Below are positions 1 to 11,960 of a stretch of DNA of 64,000 bases, piece by piece. The notes beneath the pieces are model-generated. The model was not told where the DNA came from, searched no databases, and saw only the letters and a program-made list of their open reading frames with translations. The first letter of the stretch is position 1. Each line of letters starts with the position of its first letter. The DNA comes from Bugula neritina. Lineage: Eukaryota; Animalia; Bryozoa. The translations under genes and the position numbers were made by a program. The stretch spans positions 9,676,480-9,740,479 of the forward strand of contig OZ037771.1 in assembly GCA_964035545.1 (NCBI GenBank), in the 5' to 3' direction.

Positions 1-1003
1 TATGCCTAAATGTGCTAAAAGAAATTCCTAAAAGTGCCGAAATGTGCGTAAATGTGCCAAAAGTGCCTAAATGTGCTCAAAAGCGCCTAAATGTGCCTAA
101 ATGTGCCTAAATGTGCTAATAGTGCCTAAATGTGCTAAAAAGTCCTAAAAGTGCATAAATGTGCTAAAAAGGGCTTGAATGTGCTTCAGTTTGCGAAAAC
201 TGCCTAAATGTGCTAAAAAGTGCCTAAAAGTGCCTAAAACTGCCCAAAAGTGCCTAAATATGCCTAATTGTGCTAAAAAGTGCCTAAATGTGCTAAAAAG
301 TGGCTAAATGTGCCTAAATGTGCTAAAAAGTGCCTAATTGTGCTAAAAAGTGGCCAAATTTCCCTAAATGTGCTAATAGTGCCTAAATGTGCTAAAAAGT
401 GCCTAAATATGCTAAAAAGTGCCTAAATAAACCTAAACGTGCTAAAAGTGCCTAAATGTGCCTATATGCGCTAAAAGTGCCTAAATGTGCTGAAAAGTGC
501 CTATATGTAACTAAATGTGCCAAAAGTGCCTAAATGTGCTAAAAAGTGCCTAAAAGTGCCTAAATGTGCCTAAATGTGCTAATAGTTCCTAAATCTGCTA
601 AAAAAGCCAAAAAGTGCCTAAATGTGCCTAAATGTGTTAATAGTGCTCAATTCTGATAAAAAGTGCCTAAATGTGCTAAAAAGTGCCTAAAAGTGCCTAA
701 ATATGCCTAAATGTGCTAAAAGAAGTTCCTAAAAGTGCCGAAATGTGCCTAAATGTGCCAAAAGTGCCTAAATGTGCTCAAAAGCGCCTAAATGTGCCTA
801 AATGTGCCTAAATGTGCTAATAGTGCCTAAATGTGCTAAAAAGTCCTAAAAGTGCATAAATGTGCTAAAAAGGGCTTGAATGTGCTTCAGTATGCCAAAA
901 CTGCCTAAATGTGCTAAAAAGTGCCTAAAAGTGCCTAAAACTGCCCAAAAGTGCCTAAATATGCCTAATTGTGCTAAAAAGTGCCTAAATGTACTAAAAA
1001 GTG
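1..1003 (+). repeat. Higher-order duplication inside satellite A (1-~302 is repeated at ~702-1003, offset 701)
   Basis: Rare variants recur in the same order at offset 701: TTCCTAAAAGTGCCGAAATG (25 and 726), GCTCAAAAGCGCC, AAGGGCTTGAATGTGCTTCAG and AACTGCCCAAAAG. A third partial copy starts at ~1681. Confidence 0.88.
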
Positions 1004-1970
1004 CCCAAAGGTGCCTAAAGGTGCTAAAAGTGCATAAATGTGGTAAAAAGTGCCTAAATGTGCCTAAATGTGCCTAAATGTGCTGAAAGTGCCTAAATGT
1101 GCTAAAAAGTGCTTAAATGTGCTAAAAAGTGCCTAAATGTGCTAAAAGGGCCTAAATGTGCTAAAAAGTGCCTAAAAGTGCCTAAATGTGCCTAAATGTT
1201 CTTAAAGTGCCTAAATGTGCTAAAAGTGCCTAAATGCGCTAAAAGTGCCTAAATGTGCTAATAGTGCCTAAATGTGCCTAAATGTGCTAAAAGTGCCTAA
1301 ATGTGCTAAAAAGTGGCTAAATGTGTCTAAATGTGCTAAAAAGTACCTGATTGTGCTGAAAAGGGGCTAAATTTCCCTAAATGTGCTAATAGTGCCTAAA
1401 TGTGCTAAAAAGTGCCTAAATATGCTAAAAAATGCCTATAAAAACCTAAACGTGCTAAAAGTGCCTAAATGTGCCTATATGCGCTAAAAGTGCCTAAATG
1501 TGCTAAAAAGGTCCTAAAAGTGCTTAAATGTGCTAAAAAGTGCTTGAATGTGCCTAAATGTGCTAAAAATGCCTAAATGTGCTAAAAAGTGCCTATATGT
1601 GACTAAATGTGCCAAAAGTGCCTAAATGTGCTAAAAAGTGCCTAAAAGTGCCTAAATATGCCTAAATGTGCTCAAAAAAGTTCCTAAAAGTGCCGAAATG
1701 TGCCTAAATGTGCCAAAAGTGCCTAAATGTGCTCAAAAGCGCCTAAATGTGCCTAAATGTGCTAAAAGTGCCTAAATGTGCTAAAAGTCCTTAAATGTGC
1801 TAAAAAGTGCCTAAAGGTGCCTAAATGTGCCTAATTGTTCTTAAAGTGCCTAAATGTGCTAAAAGTGCCTAAATGTGTTAAAAAGTGCCTAAATGTGCTA
1901 AAAGTGCCTAAATGTGCCTAAATGTTCTTAAAGTGCCTAAATGTGCTAAAAGTGCCTAAATGTGCTAAAA

Positions 1971-2437
1971 AGTGCCTATATGTGCCTAAATGTGCCTAAA
2001 GTGCCTAAATGTGCTAAAAAGTGCCTAAAAGTGCCTAAAAATGCCTAAAAGTGCCTAAACGTGCCTAAACGTGCCTAAATAATATGCCTAATTGTGCTAA
2101 AAAGTGCCTAAATGTGCTAAAAAGTGCCTAAATATGCCTAAATGTGTTAAAAGTGCCCAAATGTGCTGGAAAGAGCCAAAAAGTGCCTAAATGTGCTGAA
2201 AAGTGCTTGAATGTGCCTAAGTGTGCCGAAAGTGCCTAAATGTGCTAAAATGTGCCTATATGTGCCTAAATGTGCCTAAAGTGTCTAAATGTGCTAAAAA
2301 GTGCCTAAAAGTGCCTAAAAGTGCCTAAAAGTGCTTAAACGTGCCTAAACGTGCCTAAATAATATGCCTAATTGTGCTAAAAAGTGCCTAAATGTGCTAA
2401 AAAGTGCCTAAATATGCCTAAATGTGTTAAAAGTGCC
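1971..2437 (+). repeat. 280-bp-offset duplication inside satellite A
   Basis: GTGCCTAAACGTGCCTAAATAATATGCCTAATTGTGC occurs at 2061 and 2341. Flanking variants also match at offset 280 (1971/2251). Confidence 0.82.
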
Positions 2438-3044
2438 TAAATGCGCTAATAGTGCTTAAATATGCCTAAAAGTCCCAAAAGTGCGTAAATGTGCTAAAAA
2501 GTGCCTAAAAGTGCCCAAATGTGCCTAAAGGTGCTAAAAGTGCCTAAATGTGCTAAAAAGTGCCTAAATGTGCTAAAAAATGCCTAAGTGTGCTAAAAGT
2601 GCCTAAATGTGCTAAAAAGTGCCTAAATGTGCTAAAAAGTGCCTAAATGAGCCTAAATGTGCTAAACGTGTCTAAATGTGCCTAAATGCGCTAAAAGTGC
2701 CTAAACGATCTAAAAAGGTCCTAAAAGTGCCTAAATGTGCTAAAAAGTGCTTGAATGTGCCCAAATGTGCTAAAAGTGCCTAAATGTGCTAAAAGTGCCT
2801 AAATGTGCTAAAAAGTGCCTAAATGTGCCTAAATGGGCTAATAGTGCCTAAATGTGCTAAAAAGTGCCTAAATAAGCCTAAATGTGCTAAAAGTGCCTAT
2901 ATGTGCCTAAATGCGCTAAAAGTGCCTAAACGTGCTAAAAAGTGCCTATATGTGCCTGAATGCGCCAAAAGTGCCTAAATGTGCTAAAAAGTGCCTAAAA
3001 GTGCCCAAAAGTGCCTAAATATGCCTAAATGTGCTAAAATAAAA

Positions 3045-6000
3045 TTCAGTATGTTGCAGTAACTTTCAATGTGTTGCATTGTATTTCAATATTTTACAGC
3101 GTGTTTCAGCATGTTGCAGTATGTTGCAGCGCGATTCAGTGTGTTACAGTGTATTTCAGAAGTTTGCAGTAGATTTCAGCATGTTGCAGAACATTTCAGT
3201 ATGTTGACATATGTTTCAGTATGTTACAGTACATTTCTGTATATTACAGTATACTTCAGTGTGTTGCAGTGTATTTAAGTATACTACAGCATATTTCAGT
3301 ATGTTGCAGTATACTTTGATGCGTCGCAGTATTTTTCAGTGTGTTGCCGTATGTTTCAGTGTGTTGCAGTGTACTTCAATATGTTGCAGTATATTTTAGT
3401 ATTTGACAGTGTATTTCAGAATGTTGCAGTATATTTTAGTATGTTGTATTATATTTCAGTATATTTCAGTGTGTTGCAGTATACTTCAATGTGTTGCAGT
3501 GTATTTCATTTTCTTTCAGTATGTTGCAGCATATTTCAGTATGTTGAGTATGTTTCAGGATGATACACTATATTTCAGAATTTTGCAGTATATTTCACGG
3601 TGTTACAGTATACTTTAGCATTTTGCAGTATAATTCAGTGTGTTACAGTACATTTTCCTATATTACACTATATTTCAGTGACTTGCCGTCTATTCCAGTA
3701 TGCTACAGCATATTTCAATATTTTGCAGTGTTTTTTAATGTGACGCAGTTTATTTCAGTATAATACTGTATATTTAGGTGTGTTGCAGTATATTTTAATG
3801 TGTTGCAGTGTGTTTCATTATGTTACAGTGTATTTCGGTATGTTGCAGTATGTTGCAGTATATTTCAGTATGTTGCAGTATATTTCAGTATGTTGCAGTA
3901 CGTTTCAGTATGTTACAATTTAATTCAGTATTTTGCGTATATTTCAGTGTGTTACAGTAAATTTCCTTATGTTGCAGTATATTTCAGTGTGCTGCAAGAT
4001 ATTTCAATGTGTTGCAGTGTATTTCAATATGTTACGGTGTAGTTCAATATGTTGCAGTATTTGGCAGTGTATTTCAGTATGTTGCAGTATCTTGCAGTAT
4101 ATTTGATTATGTTGCAGAATATTTCAGTATGTTGCGTATGTTTCAGTGTGCTACAGCATATTTCAGTACGTAGCAGTGTTTTTCAATGTGGTACAGTATC
4201 TTTCAGTATATTACCGTATATCTAGGTATGTTGCAGTTTACTCTAATGTGTTGCAGTGTATTTCAGTAAGTAACAGTGTATTTCAGTATGTTGCAGTATG
4301 TTGCAGTATATTTCAGTTTTTTACAGTGTATTTCAGTACGTTGCAGTATATTTTAGTGTATTACAGTATACTTCAGTATGTTACAGTACATTTCTGTATG
4401 TTACACTATATTTCAGTGAGTTGCACTGTAATTCAGTGTGCTACAGGATATTTCAGTATGTTGCAGTGTTTTTCAATGTGTTACAGTATCTTTCAGTATA
4501 TTACCGTATATCTAGGTATGTTGCAGTTTATTTTGATGTGTTGCAGTGTATTTCCGTTTTTTTACAGTGTATTTCAGTATGTTGCAGTATGTTGCAGTAT
4601 ATTTCAGTTTTTTACAGTGTATTACAGTACGTTGCAGTATATTTCAGTGTGCTACAGTATATTTCAGTATATTACCAAATATTTAGGTTTGTTGCGGTAT
4701 GTTTCAGTATGTTGCAGTATGTTTCAGTATGTTTCAGTATTTTACAGTACATTACTGTATATTACAGTATACTTCAGTGTGTTGCAGAGTATTTCACTAT
4801 AATGCGTGTGTTTCAATGTGTTACAGTATCTTTCAGTATATTACCGTATATTTAGGTATGTTGCAGCTCACTCCAATGTGTTGCAGTGTATTTCAATCTG
4901 TTACAGTATATTTCAGTATGTTGCAGTATGTTGCAGTCTATTTCAATATGTTACAGTATGTTTCAGTATGATACAACATAATATAGTATTTTGCCGTATA
5001 TTTCAGTGTGTTACAGTATATTTCTTTATGTTGCAATATGTTTCGGTATGTTCTAGTATATTTCAGTGTGTTTCAGTATGTTTCGGTGTGTTACAGTACA
5101 TGTTCGTATATTACGATTTACTTCGATATGTTGCAGTATATTTCAGAATGTTGCAGTATGTTTTAGTATGTTACAGTATATTTCAGCATTTTGCAGTATC
5201 GTTCAGTGTGTTACAGTATATTTTATTTCAATGCAGTATATTGCAGTATGTATCACTGGTTTGCAACATATTTCAGTAGGTTACCATGTATTCCGGTATG
5301 TTGCAGTATATTTCAATGTGTTTCAGTGTATTTCAGCATGTTGCAAAACATTTCAGTATGTTGACGTATGTTTCAGTATGTTACAGTACATCTCTGTATA
5401 GTACAGTGTACTCCAGTGTGTTGCAGTGTATTTCAGTATGCTACAGGATATTTCACTATGTTGCAGTATTTTTCAATGTCTCGCAGTATATTTCAGTATG
5501 TTGCCGTATGTGTCAGTGTGTTGCAGTATATTTTAATGTGTTGCAGTGTATTTCAAAATGTTACAGTGTATTTGTGTATGTTGCAGTATCTTGCAGTATA
5601 TTGCAGTGTATTTCAGTATGTTACAGTGTATTTCAGTATGTTGCTGTATCTTGCAGTATATTTCAGTATGTTGCAGAATGTTGCAGTATATTTCAGTAGT
5701 TTGAAACATATTTTAGTAGGTTACCTTAGATTTTGGTACTTTGCAGTATATTCCAATGTGTTGCAGTGTATTTCAATATCTTACAGTGTATTTCAGTATG
5801 TTTCAATATTTTTAGAAATCTATCAGTATGTTGAATTATAATTCAGTATGTTGCAGTGTAATTCATTATGTTGCAGTATATTTCAGTATGTTGTTATATG
5901 TTTCAGTATTTTACAGTACATTTTTGTATATTACAGTATACTTCAGCGTGTTGCAGAGTGTTTCACTAAAATGCGGTATGTTTCAATGTGTTACAGTGTT

Positions 6001-7494
6001 TTTCAGTAGGTAATCATATATTTTGGTATGTTGCGGTATTTTTTAATATGTTGCGGTGTAATTCAATTTGTTGCAGTGTATTTCAGTATGTTGCAGTGTG
6101 TCGCGGTATCTAGCAGTGTATTTCAGTTTGTTACAGTATATTTCATTATGTTGCACATTTGCAGTATTTTTCGGTATGTTGCAGTAAATTTCAGTGGTTT
6201 GCAACCTATTTCAGTATCTTGCCATATATTTCGGTTTTTTGCGATATGTTTCTGTATACTACAGTATACTTCAGCGTGTTACAGTATATTTCAGTATGTT
6301 ACAGTACATTTCCGTATATTAAACTATATCTCAGTGAGTTGCAGTGTATTTCAGTGTGCTACAGCAAAATTTCAGTACGTTGCAGTGTTTTTCAATTTGG
6401 TACAGTATCTTTCAGTATATTACCGTATATCTAGGTATGTTGCAGTTTATTCTGGTGTGTTGCAGTGTATTTCAGTATGTTACAGTGTATTTCAGTATGT
6501 TGCAGTATGTTGCAGTATATTTCAGTTTTTTACAGTGTATTTCAGTACGTTGCAGTATATTTCAGTGTGTTACAGTATACTTCAGTATGTTACAGTACAT
6601 TTCCGTATATTACACTATATTTCAGCGAGTTGCACTGTACTTCAGTGTGCTACCGCACATTTCAGTATGTTGCAGTGTTTTTCAATGTGTTACAGTATCT
6701 TTCAGTATATTACTGTATATCTAGGTATGTTGCAGTTTATTTTAATGTGTTGCATTGTATTTCCGTTTTTTTACAGTGTATTTCAGTATGTTGCAGTATG
6801 TTGCAGTATATTTCAGTTTTTTACAGTGTATTTCAGTACGTTGCAGTGTATTTCAGTGTGTTACAGTATATTTCAGTATATTACCAAATATTTAGGTTTG
6901 TTGCGGTATGTTTCAGTATGTTTCAGTATGTTGTAGTATGTTTCAGTATGTTTCAGTATTTTACAGTACATTTCTGTATATTACAGTATACTTCAGTGTG
7001 TTGCAGAGTATTTCACTATAATGCGTGTGTTTCAATGTGTTACAGTATCTTTCAGTATATTACCGTATATTTAGGTATGTTGCAGCTCACTCCAATGTGT
7101 TGCAGTGTATTTCAATATGTTACAGTGTATTTCAGTATGTTGCAGTCTTTTTCAGTATGTTGCAGTCTATTTCAATATGTTACAGTATATTTCAGTATGA
7201 TACAACATAATCCAGTATTTTGCTGTATATTTCAATGTGTTACAGTATTTTTCTTTATGTTGCAATATGTTTCGGTATGTTCTAGTATATTTCAGTATGT
7301 TTCAGTATGTTTCAGTACGTTTCGGTGTGTTACAGTACATGTTCGTATATTACGATTTACTTCGATATGTTGCAGTATATTTCAGAATGTTGCAGTATGT
7401 TTTAGTATGTTACAGTATATTTCAGCATTTTGCAGTATCGTTCAGTGTGTTACAGTATATTTTATTTTGTTGCAGTATATTGCAGTATGTATCA
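3045..7494 (+). repeat. Satellite B, TG-rich orientation (CAGTATGTTG / CAGTATATTT / CAGTGTATTT / CAGTATGTTA decamers); relatively degenerate arm
   Basis: 10-bp period is visible line by line, with CAGT recurring every 10 bp and many point variants. Confidence 0.97.
4141..7494 (+). repeat. ~1.1-kb dispersed duplication in the TG-rich arm (~4141-5255 is repeated at ~6350-7494, offset 2208-2239)
   Basis: Shared rare variants: GCAGAGTATTTCACTATAATGCGTGTG (~4784/~7003), TTGCAGCTCACTCCAATG (4861/7080), ATGATACAACATAAT, TTACGATTTACTTCGATATG and GCAGTATGTATCA (ending 5255/7494). ORFs at 4806 and 7025 begin identically. Confidence 0.9.
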
Positions 7495-10458
7495 TACTGA
7501 AATACCGAAATAAGCTGCAACATACTGCAACATACTGAAATACACTGTAACATACTAAAATACACTGCAACATACTAAAATACACTGCAACATTCTGCAA
7601 CATACTTAAACAAACTGAAATACACTGTAACATAATGAAATACACTGCAACACATTGAAATATACTGCAACAAACTGAAATACACTGCGACATACTGAAA
7701 TGTACTGCAACATACTGAAATACACTGCAACATATCGAAGTATATTGTAATAAACGGACATGTACTGTAACATACTGAAACATACTGAATTACACTGCAA
7801 CATACTGCAACATACTGAAGTACACTGTAACGTTTTGAAATACACTGCAACACATCGAAATATACCGCAACACACTGAAATATACTGCAACACATCCAAG
7901 TACATCGTAATATACGGACATGTACTGTAACATACTGAAACATACTGAAACATACTGAAACAAAATGAAATATACTCTAACACACTGAGTAATACTGCAA
8001 AATGCTGAAATAGACTGTAACACAGTGAAGTATACTGCAAAATTCTGAAATATACTGTGAGATACTGAAATATGCCTCAACATACTCAAATATACTGCAT
8101 GATACCGCAACATACGTAAATACACTGCAACGTACTGGAATACACTGCAACATACTGCAACGTACTGAAGTACACTGTACATATTGAAATACACTGCAAC
8201 ACATTGAAATATACTTCAACACACTGAAATATACTAAAACATACTGAAATATACTGCAACATACTGCAACATACTGAAATACACTGTAATAAACTGAAAT
8301 ACACTGCAACCCATTGGAATATACTGCAACATACCCAAATATATGGTAATATACTTAAATATACTGCAACATACCGCAGCCTACTGAAAAACACGGTAAC
8401 AAACTGAAATACGCTGCAACACATTGGAATATACTGCAACATACCCAAATAAATGGTAATATACTGAAATATACTGAAATACACTGTAACACATTGAAAA
8501 ATACTGCAACAATCTGAAAGACACTACAACTCACTGAAGTATAGTGTAATATACGGAAATGTACTGGAACATACTGATATTTACTGCAACACACTGAAAT
8601 ATACTGCAACATACTGATATACACTGTAAAATACCAAAATAAACTGCAACATACTGCAACATACTGAAATACACTGTAACGTACTAAAATACACTGCAAC
8701 ATTCTGCAACATTCTTCAACATACAGAAATACACTGTAACATAATGAAATACACTGCAACACATTGAAGTATACCGCAACACACTGGAACATACTGCAAC
8801 ACATCCAAGTACATCGTAATATACGGAGATGTACTGTAACATACTGAAACATACTGAAACAAACTGAAACAAATGGAAATATACTGTAACACACTGATTA
8901 ATACAGCAAAACGCTGAAATATACTGTAACACAGTGAAGTATACTGCAAAATTCTGGAACATGCTGTAACATACTAAAACATGAGCAATATACTGAAAAA
9001 CGCCTCAACATACTCAAATATACTGCAAGATACTGCAACATACGTATATGCACTGTAACATACTGAAATATAGTGCAACATACTGCAACATACTGAAATA
9101 CACCGTAACAAACTGAAATAAACTGCAACACATTGGAATATACTGCAACATACCCAAATATATTGTAATATACTGAATTATACTGAAATACACTGTAACA
9201 CATTGAAAAATACTGCAACATACTGAAAGACACTTCAACTCACTGAAGTATAGTGTAATATACGGAAATGCACTGTAACATACTGATATTTACTGTAACA
9301 CACTGAAATATACTGCAACATACTGAATTACACTGTAACGTATTAAAATACAGTGCAACATTCTGCAACATACTTCAACATACGGAAATAGACTGTTACA
9401 TAATGAAATACACTGCAACATACTGCAACATACTGAAGTACACTGTAAAATATTGAAATACACTGCATCACATTGGAATATACTGCAACACACTGAAATA
9501 TGCTGCAACATACTGAAATATACTGCAACATACTGCAACATACTGAAATGCACTGTAATATACTAAAATACACTGCAACATACTAAAATACACTGCAACA
9601 TTCTGCAACATACTTCAACATACTGAAATAGACTGTAACATAATGAAATACACTGCAACATACTGCATTATGCTGAAGTACACTCTAAAATATTGAAATA
9701 CAACGCAACACATTGGAATATACTGCAAAACACTGAAATATACTGCAACATACTGGAATATACTGCGACATACTGCAACATACTGAAATACACTGTAACA
9801 TACTGCAACATACTGAAATACACTGTAACAAACTGAAATACGCTGCAACACATTGGAATATACTGCAACATACCCAAATATATGGTAATATACTGATATA
9901 TACTGCAACATACCGCAACATACTGAAAAACACTGTAACAAACTGAAATACGCTGCAACACATGGGAATATACTGCAACATACCCAAATAACTGGTAATA
10001 TACTGAAATATACTTAAATACACTGTAACACATTAAAAAATATTGCAACATACTGAAAGACACTACAACTCACTGAAGTACAGTGCAATATACAGAAATG
10101 TACTGTAACATACTGATATTTACTGTAACACACTGAAATATACTGCAACATACTGAAATACACTGCAACATTCCGAAATAAGCTGCAACATACTGCAACA
10201 TACTGAAATACACTGTAAAATACTAAAATACACTGCAACCTACTAAAATACACTGCAACATTCTGCAACATACTTCAACATACTGAAATACGCTGTAACA
10301 TAATGAAATACACTGCAACACATTGAAATATACTGCAACAAACTGAAATAGACTGCAACATACTGAAATACACTGCAACATATTGAAGTATATTGTAATA
10401 TGCGGACATGTACTGTAACATACTGAAACACACTGAAACATACTGAAACATACTGAAT
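7495..10458 (-). repeat. Satellite B, inverted (CA-rich on the + strand: CAACATACTG / AAATATACTG / AAATACACTG / TAACATACTG)
   Basis: Units are the reverse complement of the 3045-7494 decamers. The long ORFs flip to the - strand here. Confidence 0.97.
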
Positions 10459-10887
10459 TATATTTAGGTATGTTGCAGCTCACTCCAATGTGTTGCAGTG
10501 TATTTCAATATGTTACAGTGTATTTCAGTATGTTGCAGTCTTTTTCAGTATGTTGCAGTCTATTTCAATATGTTACAGTATATTTCAGTATGATACAACA
10601 TAATCCAGTATTTTGCTGTATATTTCAATGTGTTACAGTATTTTTCTTTATGTTGCAATATGTTTCGGTATGTTCTAGTATATTTCAGTATGTTTCAGTA
10701 TGTTTCAGTATGTTTCGGTGTGTTACAGTACATGTTCGTATATTACGATTTACTTCGATATGTTGCAGTATATTTCAGAATGTTGCAGTATGTTTTAGTA
10801 TGTTACAGTATATTTCAGCATTTTGCAGTATCGTTCAGTGTGTTACAGTATATTTTATTTTGTTGCAGTATATTGCAGTATGTATCA
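10459..10887 (+). repeat. 429-bp TG-rich island of satellite B embedded in the CA-rich arm; copy of 7066-7494
   Basis: TATATTTAGGTATGTTGCAGCTCACTCC...GCAGTATGTATCA matches 7066-7494 at offset 3393. ORFs 7237..7500 and 10630..10893 differ by one residue. Confidence 0.96.
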
Positions 10888-11960
10888 TACTGAAATACCG
10901 AAATAAGCTGCAACATACTGCAACATACTGAAATACACTGTAACATACTAAAACACACTGCAACATACTAAAATACACTGCAACATTCTGCAACATACTT
11001 AAACAAACTGAAATACACTGTAACATAATGAAATACACTGCAACACATTGAAATATACTGCAACAAACTGAAATACACTGCGACATACTGAAATGTACTG
11101 CAACATACTGAAATACACTGCAACATATCGAAGTATATTGTAATAGACGGACATGTACTGTAACATACTGAAACATACTGAATTACAGTGCAACATACTG
11201 CAACATACTGAAGTACACTGTAACGTTTTGAAATACACTGCAACACATCGAAATATACCGCAACACACTGAAATATACTGCAACACATCCAAGTACATCG
11301 TAATATACGGACATGTACTGTAACATACTGAAACATACTGAAACATACTGAAACAAAATGAAATATACTCTAACACACTGAGTAATACTGCAAAATGCTG
11401 AAATATACTGTAACACAGTGAAGTATACTGCAAAATTCTGAAATATACTGTGAGATACTGAAATATGCCTCAACATACTCAAATATACTGCATGATACTG
11501 CAACATACGTAAATACACTGCAACGTACTGGAATACACTGCAACATACTGCAACGTACTGAAGTACACTGTACATATTGAAATACACTGCAACACATTGA
11601 AATATACTTCAACACACTGAAATATACTAAAACATACTGAAATATACTGCAACATACTGCAACATACTGAAATACACTGTAATAAACTGAAATACACTGC
11701 AACCCATTGGAATATACTGCAACATACCCAAATATATGGTAATATACTTAAATATACTGCAACATACCGCAGCCTACTGAAAAACACGGTAACAAACTGA
11801 AATACGCTGCAACACATTGGAATATACTGCAACATACCCAAATAAATGGTAATATACTGAAATATACTGAAATACACTGTAACACATTGAAAAATACTGC
11901 AACAATCTGAAAGACACTACAACTCACTGAAATATAGTGTAATATACGGAAATGTACTGG

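Larger units (their letters stand above)
1..3047 (+). repeat. Satellite A: degenerate tandem array of 10-bp (AAATGTGCCT / AAAAGTGCCT) and 19-20-bp (AAATGTGCTAAAA[A]GTGCCT) units; runs off the left edge of the window
   Basis: Continuous GTGCCTAAAT / GTGCTAAAAA units from base 1 up to ...GTGCTAAAATAAAATTC at 3047, with no unique sequence in between. Confidence 0.97.

Noticed and set aside
880-1077. 65-aa Lys/Cys-rich ORF (PKCAKKCLKV repeats), superficially metallothionein- or protamine-like
   Set aside because: It is a direct translation of satellite A in a short stretch where variants removed TAA stops.
1-3047. Canonical telomere tract or G-quadruplex array
   Set aside because: Telomere-like hexamers are separated by 4-14 bp of other sequence, there are no tandem perfect telomeric units, and G-runs on the - strand are mostly only GG.
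10459-10887. Inserted mobile element, MITE or recombinase-driven invertible segment
   Set aside because: There are no terminal inverted repeats, target-site duplication or recombinase gene. The island is fully explained as part of the 3393-bp tandem duplication.
3045-11900. Perfect giant palindrome from a recent breakage-fusion-bridge event or a fold-back read artefact centred at 7494
   Set aside because: Beyond ~12 bp the two arms are not mirror images at the variant level.
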